Below are positions 1-8,140 of a stretch of DNA of 11,153 nucleotides, in pieces (position 1 is the first letter of the stretch; every line of letters starts with the position of its first letter). The stretch is taken from NCBI GenBank assembly GCA_031441465.1, contig JANOEP010000065.1, positions 1 through 11,153 of the forward strand, in the 5' to 3' direction. The notes beneath the pieces were generated by a model that searched no databases, had not been told where the DNA came from, and saw only the letters and a list, made by a program, of their open reading frames with translations. The stretch is from a bacterium. GTDB taxonomy: Bacteria > Krumholzibacteriota > Krumholzibacteriia > LZORAL124-64-63. The position numbers were made by a program, and so were the translations under genes.

Positions 1-26
1 CGGCGCACATCTGACCCGCAGCGCGG

Positions 27-1310
27 TCAGCGGGGCCGTACGCGCAGCGTGACGGCGAACTCCCGGGGCGCGCCGTCGCGCACGACCGTCACGGTGACGG
101 TTTCGCCCGCGCCGTGCGCCTGCAGCAGGGCGGTGAGCCCCGCCAGGTCCGCCACCTCGCGCCCCTCCATCGCCACCAGGACGTCACCCTGCAGCAGGCC
201 CGCCTCCTCGGCCGGGCTGCCCGGCATGACCCCGGCCAGCTTCACGCCGCCGGCATTCTCGACGAAGTCCGGGATCGTGCCGAGCCAGGCCCGCGTCTTG
301 CCGCGCTCGCCCCCGGCGGGCGGCAGCGCGGTCTGGGGCGCGTAAGGGAAATCGGCGGGGTCGGCGGCGACGGCCGCCGCGAGGTCCCGCGCGAAGGCGG
401 CGACCCGGGCCAGACCGCGGGGCTCGATCAGGTCCCAGCGGTCGGCGACGGTGTGGTACTCGGGGTGGGCGCCGGTGAACAGGAACAGCACGGGAATCCC
501 GGCCGTGTTGAAGACCACGTGGTCGCTCGCGTCCCAGCCGCCGTCGCTGAGTTCCAGACCCAGGCCGTGCCCGCGGTTGGCGCCCTCCACCAGCGCCCTC
601 AGGCGTGGCGACGAACCCAGGCCGCCGACGTAGAGGCGATCGGCGCGCAGTCGCCCGACCGAGTCCAGGTTCAACATCAGGCGCACGTGACGGCCCGCGA
701 GGGGTGCGGCGCGTAGCGCGGCGGCGGCGCCCTGCAACCCCACCTCCTCGCCGGCGAAGGCGACGAAAAGCAGCGCGCAGCGATCGGCGGCCGCCGTGTC
801 GTCGTGCAGGTGGTGCGCCAGTTCGACCATCACCGACACGCCGGAGGCGTTGTCCTCGGCGCCGTGGTAGATCCCCGTGACGGTTGCGCCGTCGGGACCC
901 TTGGCCGTACCGAGGTGGTCGTAGTGGGCGCCGATCACCACGAGTTCCGCGGTCAAGGCGCCGCGGCCCGGCAACCAGCCCAGGACGTTGCGGCCCGTGC
1001 GGCCCTCCAGCTCCGGCCCGCTCAGCGCGAAGTCGGCGCGCATCCCGTCGCAACCCGGCGGCGGCACGAGACCAGCGGCCGCGAACCAGCCGGCGATCGT
1101 GTCCGCGGCCGCCTGGGCGGCGGCGGTGCCGTTGCCGCGTCCCTGCAAATCATCGGCGGCCAACACCCGCACGCGCGCCAGCATCGCCTCGCCGTCGTCG
1201 GCGACCGTCGACGGGACGGTCTGCGACCGGGCCCCCGCCGGGAACGACACGGCCAGCACCAGGAGTGCGGCGCTCATCATCGCCCGAATCGCTCCGCAAC
1301 GCTGCAGCAT
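27..1310 (-). CDS. M28-family zinc metallopeptidase (aminopeptidase-like) with N-terminal signal peptide and C-terminal PDZ domain
   Basis: M28 motifs VVIGAHYDHLG, GAEDNASG, FAGEEVGLQG, MLNLDSVG, SDH and HPEYHTVAD. C-terminal PDZ-like segment AWLGTIPDF...GVMPGSPAEEAGLLQGDVLV...VTVTVVRDG. Start placed at ATG 1310 (MLQRCG...), which has a GAGGAAGG purine tract upstream and is followed by a hydrophobic signal (AALLVLAVSFPAGA). The track's TTG at 1376 coincides with a putative -35 box. Confidence 0.9.
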   Translation of the reverse strand: MLQRCGAIRAMMSAALLVLAVSFPAGARSQTVPSTVADDGEAMLARVRVLAADDLQGRGNGTAAAQAAADTIAGWFAAAGLVPPPGCDGMRADFALSGPELEGRTGRNVLGWLPGRGALTAELVVIGAHYDHLGTAKGPDGATVTGIYHGAEDNASGVSVMVELAHHLHDDTAAADRCALLFVAFAGEEVGLQGAAAALRAAPLAGRHVRLMLNLDSVGRLRADRLYVGGLGSSPRLRALVEGANRGHGLGLELSDGGWDASDHVVFNTAGIPVLFLFTGAHPEYHTVADRWDLIEPRGLARVAAFARDLAAAVAADPADFPYAPQTALPPAGGERGKTRAWLGTIPDFVENAGGVKLAGVMPGSPAEEAGLLQGDVLVAMEGREVADLAGLTALLQAHGAGETVTVTVVRDGAPREFAVTLRVRPR

Positions 1311-1347
1311 CGGCGACCGTCCCTTCCTCGAAGATCGATCCGGTGTC

Positions 1348-1376
1348 AGGATAGGCGGGCCCCGACGGGAAGACAA
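1348..1376 (-). promoter_or_regulatory. Putative sigma70-type promoter for the M28 peptidase gene (TTGTCT-N17-TATCCT)
   Basis: Minus strand TTGTCT (1376-1371), 17-nt spacer, TATCCT (1353-1348) in the 76-bp ggt/M28 intergenic gap. Such AT-containing hexamers are rare at this GC content. Confidence 0.55.
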
Positions 1377-1386
1377 CCGGCGGGGA

Positions 1387-3114
1387 TCAGTGTCCGGAAC
1401 CGTCCACGGGCTGCGCAGTGCCGGCAGCCGCGCCGACGCCGCGCGGGTCGCTGGCGCCCCCGACCTCCCCGCTGACGGGATCGACGGTCACCAACTGGGC
1501 GTTGCCCAGGGCGGGGACGGACTCCAGCACGTGGCCGATCGCGGCCAGGGTGTCGCGCGCCGCCGCGCCGACCGCGCCCGGTTCGACGTAGAGCACCGGC
1601 GGCCACCACTGCTGGTGCAACCGGGGCCGGGCGACGGCATGTGCCGCATCCATCCCGAAGTCCACCACATTGACGATCGTCTGCAGCGTCGTGGTGATGA
1701 TGCGCGCGCCGCCGGGGCTGCCGGTCACCAGCACGACACGGCCCTCGCGCAGCAGGATCGTGGGGGTCATGCTCGACAGCGGCCGCCTGCCCGCTCCCAC
1801 GGCGTTGGCCTCCCCACCCGGCAGTCCGAAGGCGTTGGGCGCGCCCGGCGCCGCGGCGAAGTCGTCCATCTCGTCGTTCAGGACGACACCGGTGCCAGGC
1901 GCCATCATCCCGGCGCCGAAACTCAGGTTGATCGTCAGGGTCGCGGCCACGGCGGCGCCCTCGGCGTCGACGACGCTGAGGTGCGTGGTGTGGTCGGGCC
2001 CGGACGCGACGACGGCGGTTCCCCCGAGGCTCTGCCAGGGCCTGACGGCGTCCGGCCGGATCAGCGCGCGCAGCGAATCGGCCCGCTCGCGCGACGTCAA
2101 CCACGCCACCGGGATCGCCACGGCGTCCGGATCTCCGAGCCAGCGGCTGCGGTCCGCGAAGGCGAAGGACATGGCCTCGGCCAGCAGGTGCGCCAGGACG
2201 GCGCCGTCCCGCGGCAACGTACCGAGTTCGTAGGGCTCGAGCAGGTTGAGCATCGCGAGCAGCAGCACGCCGCCGGAACTCGGCGGCGGCATGGCGACGA
2301 CCTCGCAGCCGCGGTAGCGTCCGCGCAGCGGCTCGCGCCAGACCGGTTCGTAAGCGGCCAGATCTGCCGGCGTCAGGACGCCGCCCGCCCGTGCGACGGC
2401 GCCGGCGACGGCCACGGCGAGATCGCCGGTATGGAACGCGTCGGCGCCGCCGTCGCGGATCGCGAGCAGGGTGCGCGCCAGGTCGGGTTGGCGCAGCGTG
2501 TCCCCCGCCGTCGGCGCGACGCCCTGCGGCAGGAACACCGCGCGGGACGCCGCATCGAGGCGCTCCGCGTTGTCGCGCAACCGCGCGCACAGCAGGCTGT
2601 CGGCCGGGAAACCGTCGCGGGCGAGCGCCACGGCGGGTGCGACGAGGCGCGGCCAGGGCAGCCGTCCGCAACGTCGGTGGAAGACCTCGAGGCCGCGGAC
2701 CAGACCCGGCGTCGCCACCGCGAGCGCGCCGTCGCGGCTCAGTCGGGCGTCCGCGGCGCCGTCGCGCAGGAACATGTCGCGGTGCGCGGCGGCCGGCGCG
2801 GTCTCGCGCGCGTCCAGGGCGAGGTCGGTGCCGTCGGCGAGGTGGGCCACGAAGAAACCGCCGCCGCCCAGGCCCGAGGAATAGGGCTCGACGACCGCCA
2901 AAGCGAAGGCCGCCGCCACCGCAGCGTCCGCGGCGTTGCCCCCGTCGAGCAGGATCCCGACGGCCGCGCGGGTGGCCAGCGGATGGGCCGTGGCGACCAT
3001 GCCCTGCCGTGCCTCGTCCCGTTCCGTACCGCCGCCGCAGCCCACCGCGAGGATCAGCGCGGGTACCAGCAGGAAGCGGGTGGCCGTGCGCGCCCGTCGC
3101 TCCGTCGCGTTCAC
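1387..3114 (-). CDS. ggt: Gamma-glutamyltransferase (Ntn hydrolase), predicted lipoprotein
   Basis: Motifs GMVATAHPLAT, GGNAADAAVA, EPYSSGLGGGGF, DARETAP, PPPSSGG, the autocleavage site DH/TTHLSVVD (Thr376, codon 1989-1987), LNDEMDDF, PLSSMTP, GSPGGARI and a terminal SDPR. GTG 3114 overlaps the upstream TGA (GTGA). N-terminus has basic residues, a hydrophobic stretch and LAVG/C26. Confidence 0.95.
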   Translation of the reverse strand: MNATERRARTATRFLLVPALILAVGCGGGTERDEARQGMVATAHPLATRAAVGILLDGGNAADAAVAAAFALAVVEPYSSGLGGGGFFVAHLADGTDLALDARETAPAAAHRDMFLRDGAADARLSRDGALAVATPGLVRGLEVFHRRCGRLPWPRLVAPAVALARDGFPADSLLCARLRDNAERLDAASRAVFLPQGVAPTAGDTLRQPDLARTLLAIRDGGADAFHTGDLAVAVAGAVARAGGVLTPADLAAYEPVWREPLRGRYRGCEVVAMPPPSSGGVLLLAMLNLLEPYELGTLPRDGAVLAHLLAEAMSFAFADRSRWLGDPDAVAIPVAWLTSRERADSLRALIRPDAVRPWQSLGGTAVVASGPDHTTHLSVVDAEGAAVAATLTINLSFGAGMMAPGTGVVLNDEMDDFAAAPGAPNAFGLPGGEANAVGAGRRPLSSMTPTILLREGRVVLVTGSPGGARIITTTLQTIVNVVDFGMDAAHAVARPRLHQQWWPPVLYVEPGAVGAAARDTLAAIGHVLESVPALGNAQLVTVDPVSGEVGGASDPRGVGAAAGTAQPVDGSGH

Positions 3115-3802
3115 GGTCCACCGTCCAGCAGCGCGGTGAACGTCACGGCGCCGCCGCAATGCCGGACGAGCAGTTCGCCGAAACGCGCCACGCGGGCGCG
3201 CATCGTCGCCGGCGGGGTGGTGCGGGTGGACATGACCACCGCCAGCAAGCGGGCCGTTCCCGCGTGGACGCACGTGCGCTGGGAATCGCTGGTGGGGGAG
3301 CCGAATCCGCCCGCGTCGTCGAACAGCGCCAGCCTCCCCGCCAGGTGGACCGGACCCTTGCGGATGCCGGAATATTCCTCCCCCTCGCGGCCGAGCCGCA
3401 GGGTCACGTCGCCCTGCACGAGGTCGAGGTCGTACAGGCCGATGGGCAGCAGGAATTCCAGGCTGGCCAGGTTGCAGACGTCCACGACGTTGTTGAGGCG
3501 GTAGAGCTCCTTGCCCTGCAGGACGCGCCGCAGCAGGGCCTCGCTGCTCGGGCGGTGGCGCGTGGGTTCCATGCCGAAAGCGTGGTAGAGGTCGCGGGCT
3601 TCGCCCAGACCGGGGATATCGCTTGGGAGGCGGCCCTCGTGCTGCGCCCGCAGACGAGCGGCCAACGCGGCAGTGTCTTCCCAGACCGCCGGCTCCTCGC
3701 GAACCGACACCCCGTCGACGACGAGCGCGCCGGCGCGCAGTCCCGCCAGAACGCCGGCGTCCAGGCGCAACGTCCGGCCGTCGGGCAGTCCGCAACGTCG
3801 GT

Positions 3803-3806
<4 letters not shown>
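3111..3806 (-). CDS. Stand-alone B3/4 domain protein (PheRS beta-subunit editing-domain-related)
   Basis: Motifs YHAFGMEPTRHRPSSEALLRRVLQG, NNVVDVCNLASL, PIGLYDLD and GSPTSDSQRT, typical of free-standing B3/4 proteins. ATG 3806 overlaps the rfbB stop (ATGA). 231 aa. Confidence 0.85.
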
Positions 3807-4824
<1,018 letters not shown>

Positions 4825-4828
<4 letters not shown>

Positions 4829-5676
4829 CGTCCATCCTCGGTCGCGGCGACGTCGTGGGCCGCGGTGAAAGCGGTCGTGAAGGCGGCAGTGAAGGCCGCG
4901 ACCCGAGCGGCATCGACCCGGGAGCGGCCGTCGGTTCCGGCAACCTGCAACGACGTGCCGACGATGCAGCCGTCGCAGTGGGGGGCGTAGAGGGCGACGT
5001 TGCCCACGGTCAACCCGCTGCCGACCAGCAACGGCGCGTCGGGCTCGGCCCGGCGCACGGCGCGCAGTTCCTCGGGATCGGCCGGAGCGCCGGTCGCCGC
5101 TCCCGAGACGATCAGGGCGTCGGCGCCGCCGCGGCGGCGCAGGTCGGCGACCTCGTCGGCCAAGGGGCGCGGGGCCAGCGGCGCGGCATGCTTGACGCGC
5201 ACGTCGGCGAGGATGCCGACGCCGGGCGCCAGTTGCCGGCGCAGGCGCAGGACCGAAGCAGCCCGGCCTTCGATCAGCCCCTGGTCGGTGACCGCCGCCC
5301 CGACCAGGACGTTGACCCGCACGAAGGCGGCGCCGACCGCGGCGGCCACGGCCAAGGCGGCGTGCGCGTCGTTGCGCAGCACGTTGATCCCGAGCGGCAG
5401 TTCCGGGCAGGCGTCGCGCAGGGACGCCGCGACGCGGGTCAGGGCCGCGGTGGTCTCGGGCGGCACGTCGCAGGGGAAGAACGGGACGTCGTGGTAGTTC
5501 TCGAGCATGAGCCCGCCGACACCGCCCCGGGCCAGCGCCCGCGCGTCGGCCAGCGCGGCGGCGACGACCGCGGCCATGTCGCCCTCCCACCCGGGGGAGC
5601 CGGGCAGAGGGCGGCAATGGACCATGCCGATGATCGGGACCGGCAGCAGGCGGCGCAGTGTCGTGCGATTCCACAT
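4825..5676 (-). CDS. BtpA/SgcQ family TIM-barrel protein
   Basis: Family motifs IIGMVHCRPLPGSP, MLENYHDVPF, GINVLRND, FVRVNV, ADVRVKHA, GADALIVSGAATG, LVGSG and DGCIVGT. Start at ATG 5676 (MWNRTT...). The longer track ORF to 5958 would overlap tdk. 283 aa. Confidence 0.88.
4859..4900. repeat. Imperfect 12-bp tandem repeat (about 3.5 copies) encoding AAFT-AAFT-TAFT-AA at the BtpA C-terminus
   Basis: Plus-strand units gccgcggtgaaa / gcggtcgtgaag / gcggcagtgaag / gccgcg. Confidence 0.7.
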
Positions 5677-5682
5677 GGGCCG

Positions 5683-5710
5683 ATCATAGCACCCGTCCAC
5701 ACGGGTGCAA
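5683..5710 (-). promoter_or_regulatory. Putative sigma70 promoter with extended -10 driving a probably leaderless btpA-rfbB-B3/4-ggt transcript
   Basis: Minus strand TTGCAC (5710-5705)-N16-TATGAT (5688-5683), with TG-n before the -10 (TGcTATGAT). Only 6 nt (CGGCCC) separate the -10 from ATG 5676, and there is no Shine-Dalgarno sequence. Confidence 0.65.
5689..5708. promoter_or_regulatory. Perfect inverted repeat GCACCCGT-N4-ACGGGTGC, candidate operator
   Basis: 8-bp arms at 5689-5696 and 5701-5708 cover the spacer and part of the -35 of the btpA promoter. Confidence 0.5.
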
Positions 5711-5747
5711 GGGCCAAGCGCCGCGGGCAGACCCCGGGAAACCGCGC

Positions 5748-5776
5748 TGGTCAATCCCCGTCCCCTCGCGTACATT
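5748..5776 (+). promoter_or_regulatory. Putative sigma70 promoter for tdk (TGGTCA-N17-TACATT)
   Basis: TGGTCA 5748-5753, 17-nt spacer, TACATT 5771-5776, about 50 nt upstream of the tdk ATG. Confidence 0.5.
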
Positions 5777-5827
5777 GCGGACCGTCCCAGGGGCGTGCGG
5801 CCCCCGTCCGCGGACCACGGAGGCGCG

Positions 5828-6412
5828 ATGCAGATCATCCAAGGCAAGACAGGCTGGCTCGAAGTCATCTGCGGGCCGATGTTCAGCGGCAAGAGCGAGG
5901 AGTTGATCCGCCGCATCCGCCGCGCCCAGATCGCGCGCCAGCGCGTGCAGCTGTTCAAGCCCTGCGTCGACGACCGCTATAGCCAGTACGAGATCGTCTC
6001 CCACAGCCAGCAGCGCCTGCCGAGCACCCCGGTGGCCTCGAGCCTGGACATCCTGGACTGCGTGGACGACAAGACCGAGGTCGTCGGCATCGACGAGGCC
6101 CAGTTCTTCGACGAGGGGCTGGCCGACGTTTGCAATAAGATGGCCAACCTGGGCAAGCGGATCATCGTGGCCGGCCTGGACATGGACTACCGCGGCCGGC
6201 CGTTCGAGCCCATGCCGCGGCTGATGGCCATCGCGGAGTACGTGACCAAGCAGCTGGCGATCTGCGTGCTGTGCGGGAATCCCGCCAACCACACCCAGCG
6301 GTTGACGGACGAGCAGATGAAGATCCTGGTGGGCGCCCAGGGCACGTACGAGGCGCGCTGTCGGCGCTGCTTCGAGCCCCCGGCGGACGACGATCAGCCG
6401 GCCGCCACCTGA
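5828..6412 (+). CDS. tdk: Thymidine kinase (type II / TK1-like)
   Basis: P-loop GPMFSGKSEEL, VVGIDEAQFF, VAGLDMDYRGRPF, zinc ligands CVLC and CRRC, and ILVGAQGTY lasso. SD GGAGG at 5819-5823 before ATG 5828. 194 aa. Confidence 0.97.
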   Translation: MQIIQGKTGWLEVICGPMFSGKSEELIRRIRRAQIARQRVQLFKPCVDDRYSQYEIVSHSQQRLPSTPVASSLDILDCVDDKTEVVGIDEAQFFDEGLADVCNKMANLGKRIIVAGLDMDYRGRPFEPMPRLMAIAEYVTKQLAICVLCGNPANHTQRLTDEQMKILVGAQGTYEARCRRCFEPPADDDQPAAT

Positions 6413-6431
6413 GCCGCCGGCGAACCGCTCT

Positions 6432-7964
6432 TCACAGACAGGATTCCACGTCGACGCCGCGCAGGCGGCCCGCCAGTTCCCGGAAACGGGGCAGGTCCAC
6501 GCCGAGACGCGGCCCCGCCAGGCTGGCGCGGTAGGCCAGGGCCACACCGGCCTCGTCCGCCTCCACGCAACCGGCCAGATCCTCCCCCAGCGCGATCATC
6601 GCCGCCAGCGAACCGGCCGGCGGTTCGGCATCCAGGGTGTGGTGCCGCCGCACGGCGTGCGCCAGTTCGGCGCCGAGACCCCAGTCCGCGATCAGCAGGG
6701 CGCCCAGCTCGCCGTGGTCCCAGCCCAGCGTCCGCTGCTCGACCCGCCAGAGCGCGGCGCCTTCCTTGCGGGCGTCCTCGACCAGCTTCCCGTACAGCCC
6801 TGGCAGGGCGCGCGCCAGGATCAACTGGCCGATGTTCTGCATCAGGCCGCCCACGAAGACGGCTTCGCGGTCCTCGGCGCCGAGGTGCTCGGCGACGGAC
6901 TGGCTGCCCAGGGCCGAGAGCAGGGACTCGCGCCAGATGCGGTGCAGCAGCGGGCTGGTCTCCACGCCGGGGAACGCCGAACGCGAGGCGTTGACCACCA
7001 CCCAGTTGCGCACGGTCTTGAAGCCCAGGCGCACGACCGCGTCCCGGATGCTGCGGATCTCGATCGCCGAGACGTAGAACGAGGAGTTGGCCACCCGCAG
7101 CAGCCTCGCGGCCAGGACGAGGTCGCGGGCGATCTCCTTCTCCAGCATCGCCGGGGTGGTGCGCTGGTCGTTGATCAGTTCGAGCAGGCGGCCGGCGACC
7201 TGCGGCATGACCGTCATTTCGCCGACCCGCTCGTAGACCTGCCGGGCCTGGAGGTCGCCGGGACGCAGCCCGTCGAAGTGGTTGCGCTCGCGCTCCCGGC
7301 GGCGGGAGGTGACGGTCCCGAGGATCTCCCTCATGCCGCTGCCCAGAGGCAACGCGTCGCGCTCCAGCGCCTGGAGCCGCAGCAGCGCGTGGCGCGCGAG
7401 CAGGGCCGCGTCCTGGACGAGCTGTTCGCCCTGGAAGCTGCGCCAATCCAGGTAGATGTAGGTGCACCACTTGCCGCGCAGGGGCAGCGGCACGATCAGC
7501 GCGACCTGCTCCTCGCCGACCGACAGCGCCTCGAGCAGTTCGCGCGACACGTTTTCGACGGGGACGGGGCCGGCATAGGCCACGCGCTCCCGGGTGAGCA
7601 CGTCGAACAGATCGTGCTCGCGCTTGCTCATCACCCGCGGGTTGGCCGACCGCGGTTCGATCAGGCGAGCCGGCAGTTCGATGCCCTCGGCCAGCAGGAT
7701 GCGCAGGCCGGTGCTCCACTGCCTCAGCAACAGCAGGCGGGCGCCTTGCCGGCGGGCCAGTTCCAGGAAAACCTGCATCACGTCGCTGCTCTCGACGGCC
7801 TCGTCCAGGGCGGCGAGCGACCGCACGAGATCCTGGTACCGCTGCTCGGTCGTGATCTCCGTCGCGGTGCGCTGCGGGGGATCGATCCCGGCCGCGGCGC
7901 ACAGTTCGGCTTCCTGCTGGTTCGCCTCGATCCGGTCGGCGACGACGGCGTCGAAACGGCTCAC
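6432..7964 (-). CDS. HDOD-domain signalling protein with N-terminal GAF-like region
   Basis: The C-terminal half (from about 7217) has HDOD motifs MPQVAGRLLELI, DLVLAARLLRVANSSFY, IRSIRDAVVRLG, GGLMQNIGQLIL, DHGELGALLIADWGL and RRHH. The N-terminal half has a GAF-like pattern (...ALIVPLPLRGKWCTYIYLD...). Start inferred at GTG 7964 with GAGAGGG upstream. The GAF call is weaker than the HDOD call. Confidence 0.8.
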   Translation of the reverse strand: MSRFDAVVADRIEANQQEAELCAAAGIDPPQRTATEITTEQRYQDLVRSLAALDEAVESSDVMQVFLELARRQGARLLLLRQWSTGLRILLAEGIELPARLIEPRSANPRVMSKREHDLFDVLTRERVAYAGPVPVENVSRELLEALSVGEEQVALIVPLPLRGKWCTYIYLDWRSFQGEQLVQDAALLARHALLRLQALERDALPLGSGMREILGTVTSRRRERERNHFDGLRPGDLQARQVYERVGEMTVMPQVAGRLLELINDQRTTPAMLEKEIARDLVLAARLLRVANSSFYVSAIEIRSIRDAVVRLGFKTVRNWVVVNASRSAFPGVETSPLLHRIWRESLLSALGSQSVAEHLGAEDREAVFVGGLMQNIGQLILARALPGLYGKLVEDARKEGAALWRVEQRTLGWDHGELGALLIADWGLGAELAHAVRRHHTLDAEPPAGSLAAMIALGEDLAGCVEADEAGVALAYRASLAGPRLGVDLPRFRELAGRLRGVDVESCL

Positions 7965-8022
7965 GGGGACCCTCTCGGCTGGAGATCGCGGGCGCGGCGG
8001 GGCGCCCGGGCGCACTCCCAGT

Positions 8023-8049
8023 TCATCGGCCGCGGCGGCGGGCAGTTGA
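8023..8049 (-). promoter_or_regulatory. Putative sigma28 (FliA/WhiG/SigD-type) promoter for the HDOD gene
   Basis: Minus strand TCAA (8049-8046)-N15-GCCGATGA (8030-8023), compared with the consensus TAAA-N15-GCCGATAA. It lies 58 nt upstream of GTG 7964. Confidence 0.6.
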
Positions 8050-8060
8050 GGGAATTCCCT
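8049..8060. promoter_or_regulatory. Perfect 12-bp palindrome AGGGAATTCCCT between divergent -35 elements
   Basis: Self-complementary, and touches both the sigma28-like -35 (8046-8049) and the queD -35 (8059-8064). Confidence 0.4.
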
Positions 8061-8087
8061 GGCAGGACCGGCGGAATCGGCTATTCT
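8059..8087 (+). promoter_or_regulatory. Putative sigma70 promoter for queD (CTGGCA-N17-TATTCT)
   Basis: CTGGCA 8059-8064, 17-nt spacer, TATTCT 8082-8087. SD GGAGG at 8131-8135. Confidence 0.5.
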
Positions 8088-8140
8088 GGGCCGAAGTCGA
8101 CACCACCACCCGCTCCCCGCTGGGCCCACCGGAGGAACTC

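Noticed and set aside
3070..3114. Tat signal in GGT (ERRAR)
   Set aside because: Does not fit S/T-R-R-x-F-L-K. A Sec lipoprotein signal fits better.
988..3504. 838-aa plus-strand ORF and other long alternative-frame ORFs over ggt and the M28 gene
   Set aside because: Antisense or frame-shifted shadows of well-supported genes. They are Arg/Gly/Pro/Ala-rich, lack motifs, and are expected at this GC content.
5686..5711. Resemblance of the promoter dyad to CIRCE (TTAGCACTC-N9-GAGTGCTAA)
   Set aside because: It reads ATAGCACCC-N8-GGGTGCAAG, with an 8-nt spacer and several mismatches, and the flanking genes are not chaperones. Kept only as a generic operator candidate.
5748..5827. NrdR box upstream of tdk
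   Set aside because: No AT-rich NrdR-like palindrome is present.
8088..8140. PreQ1 riboswitch upstream of queD
   Set aside because: No preQ1-I stem-loop with an A-rich tail is visible in the short, C-rich leader.
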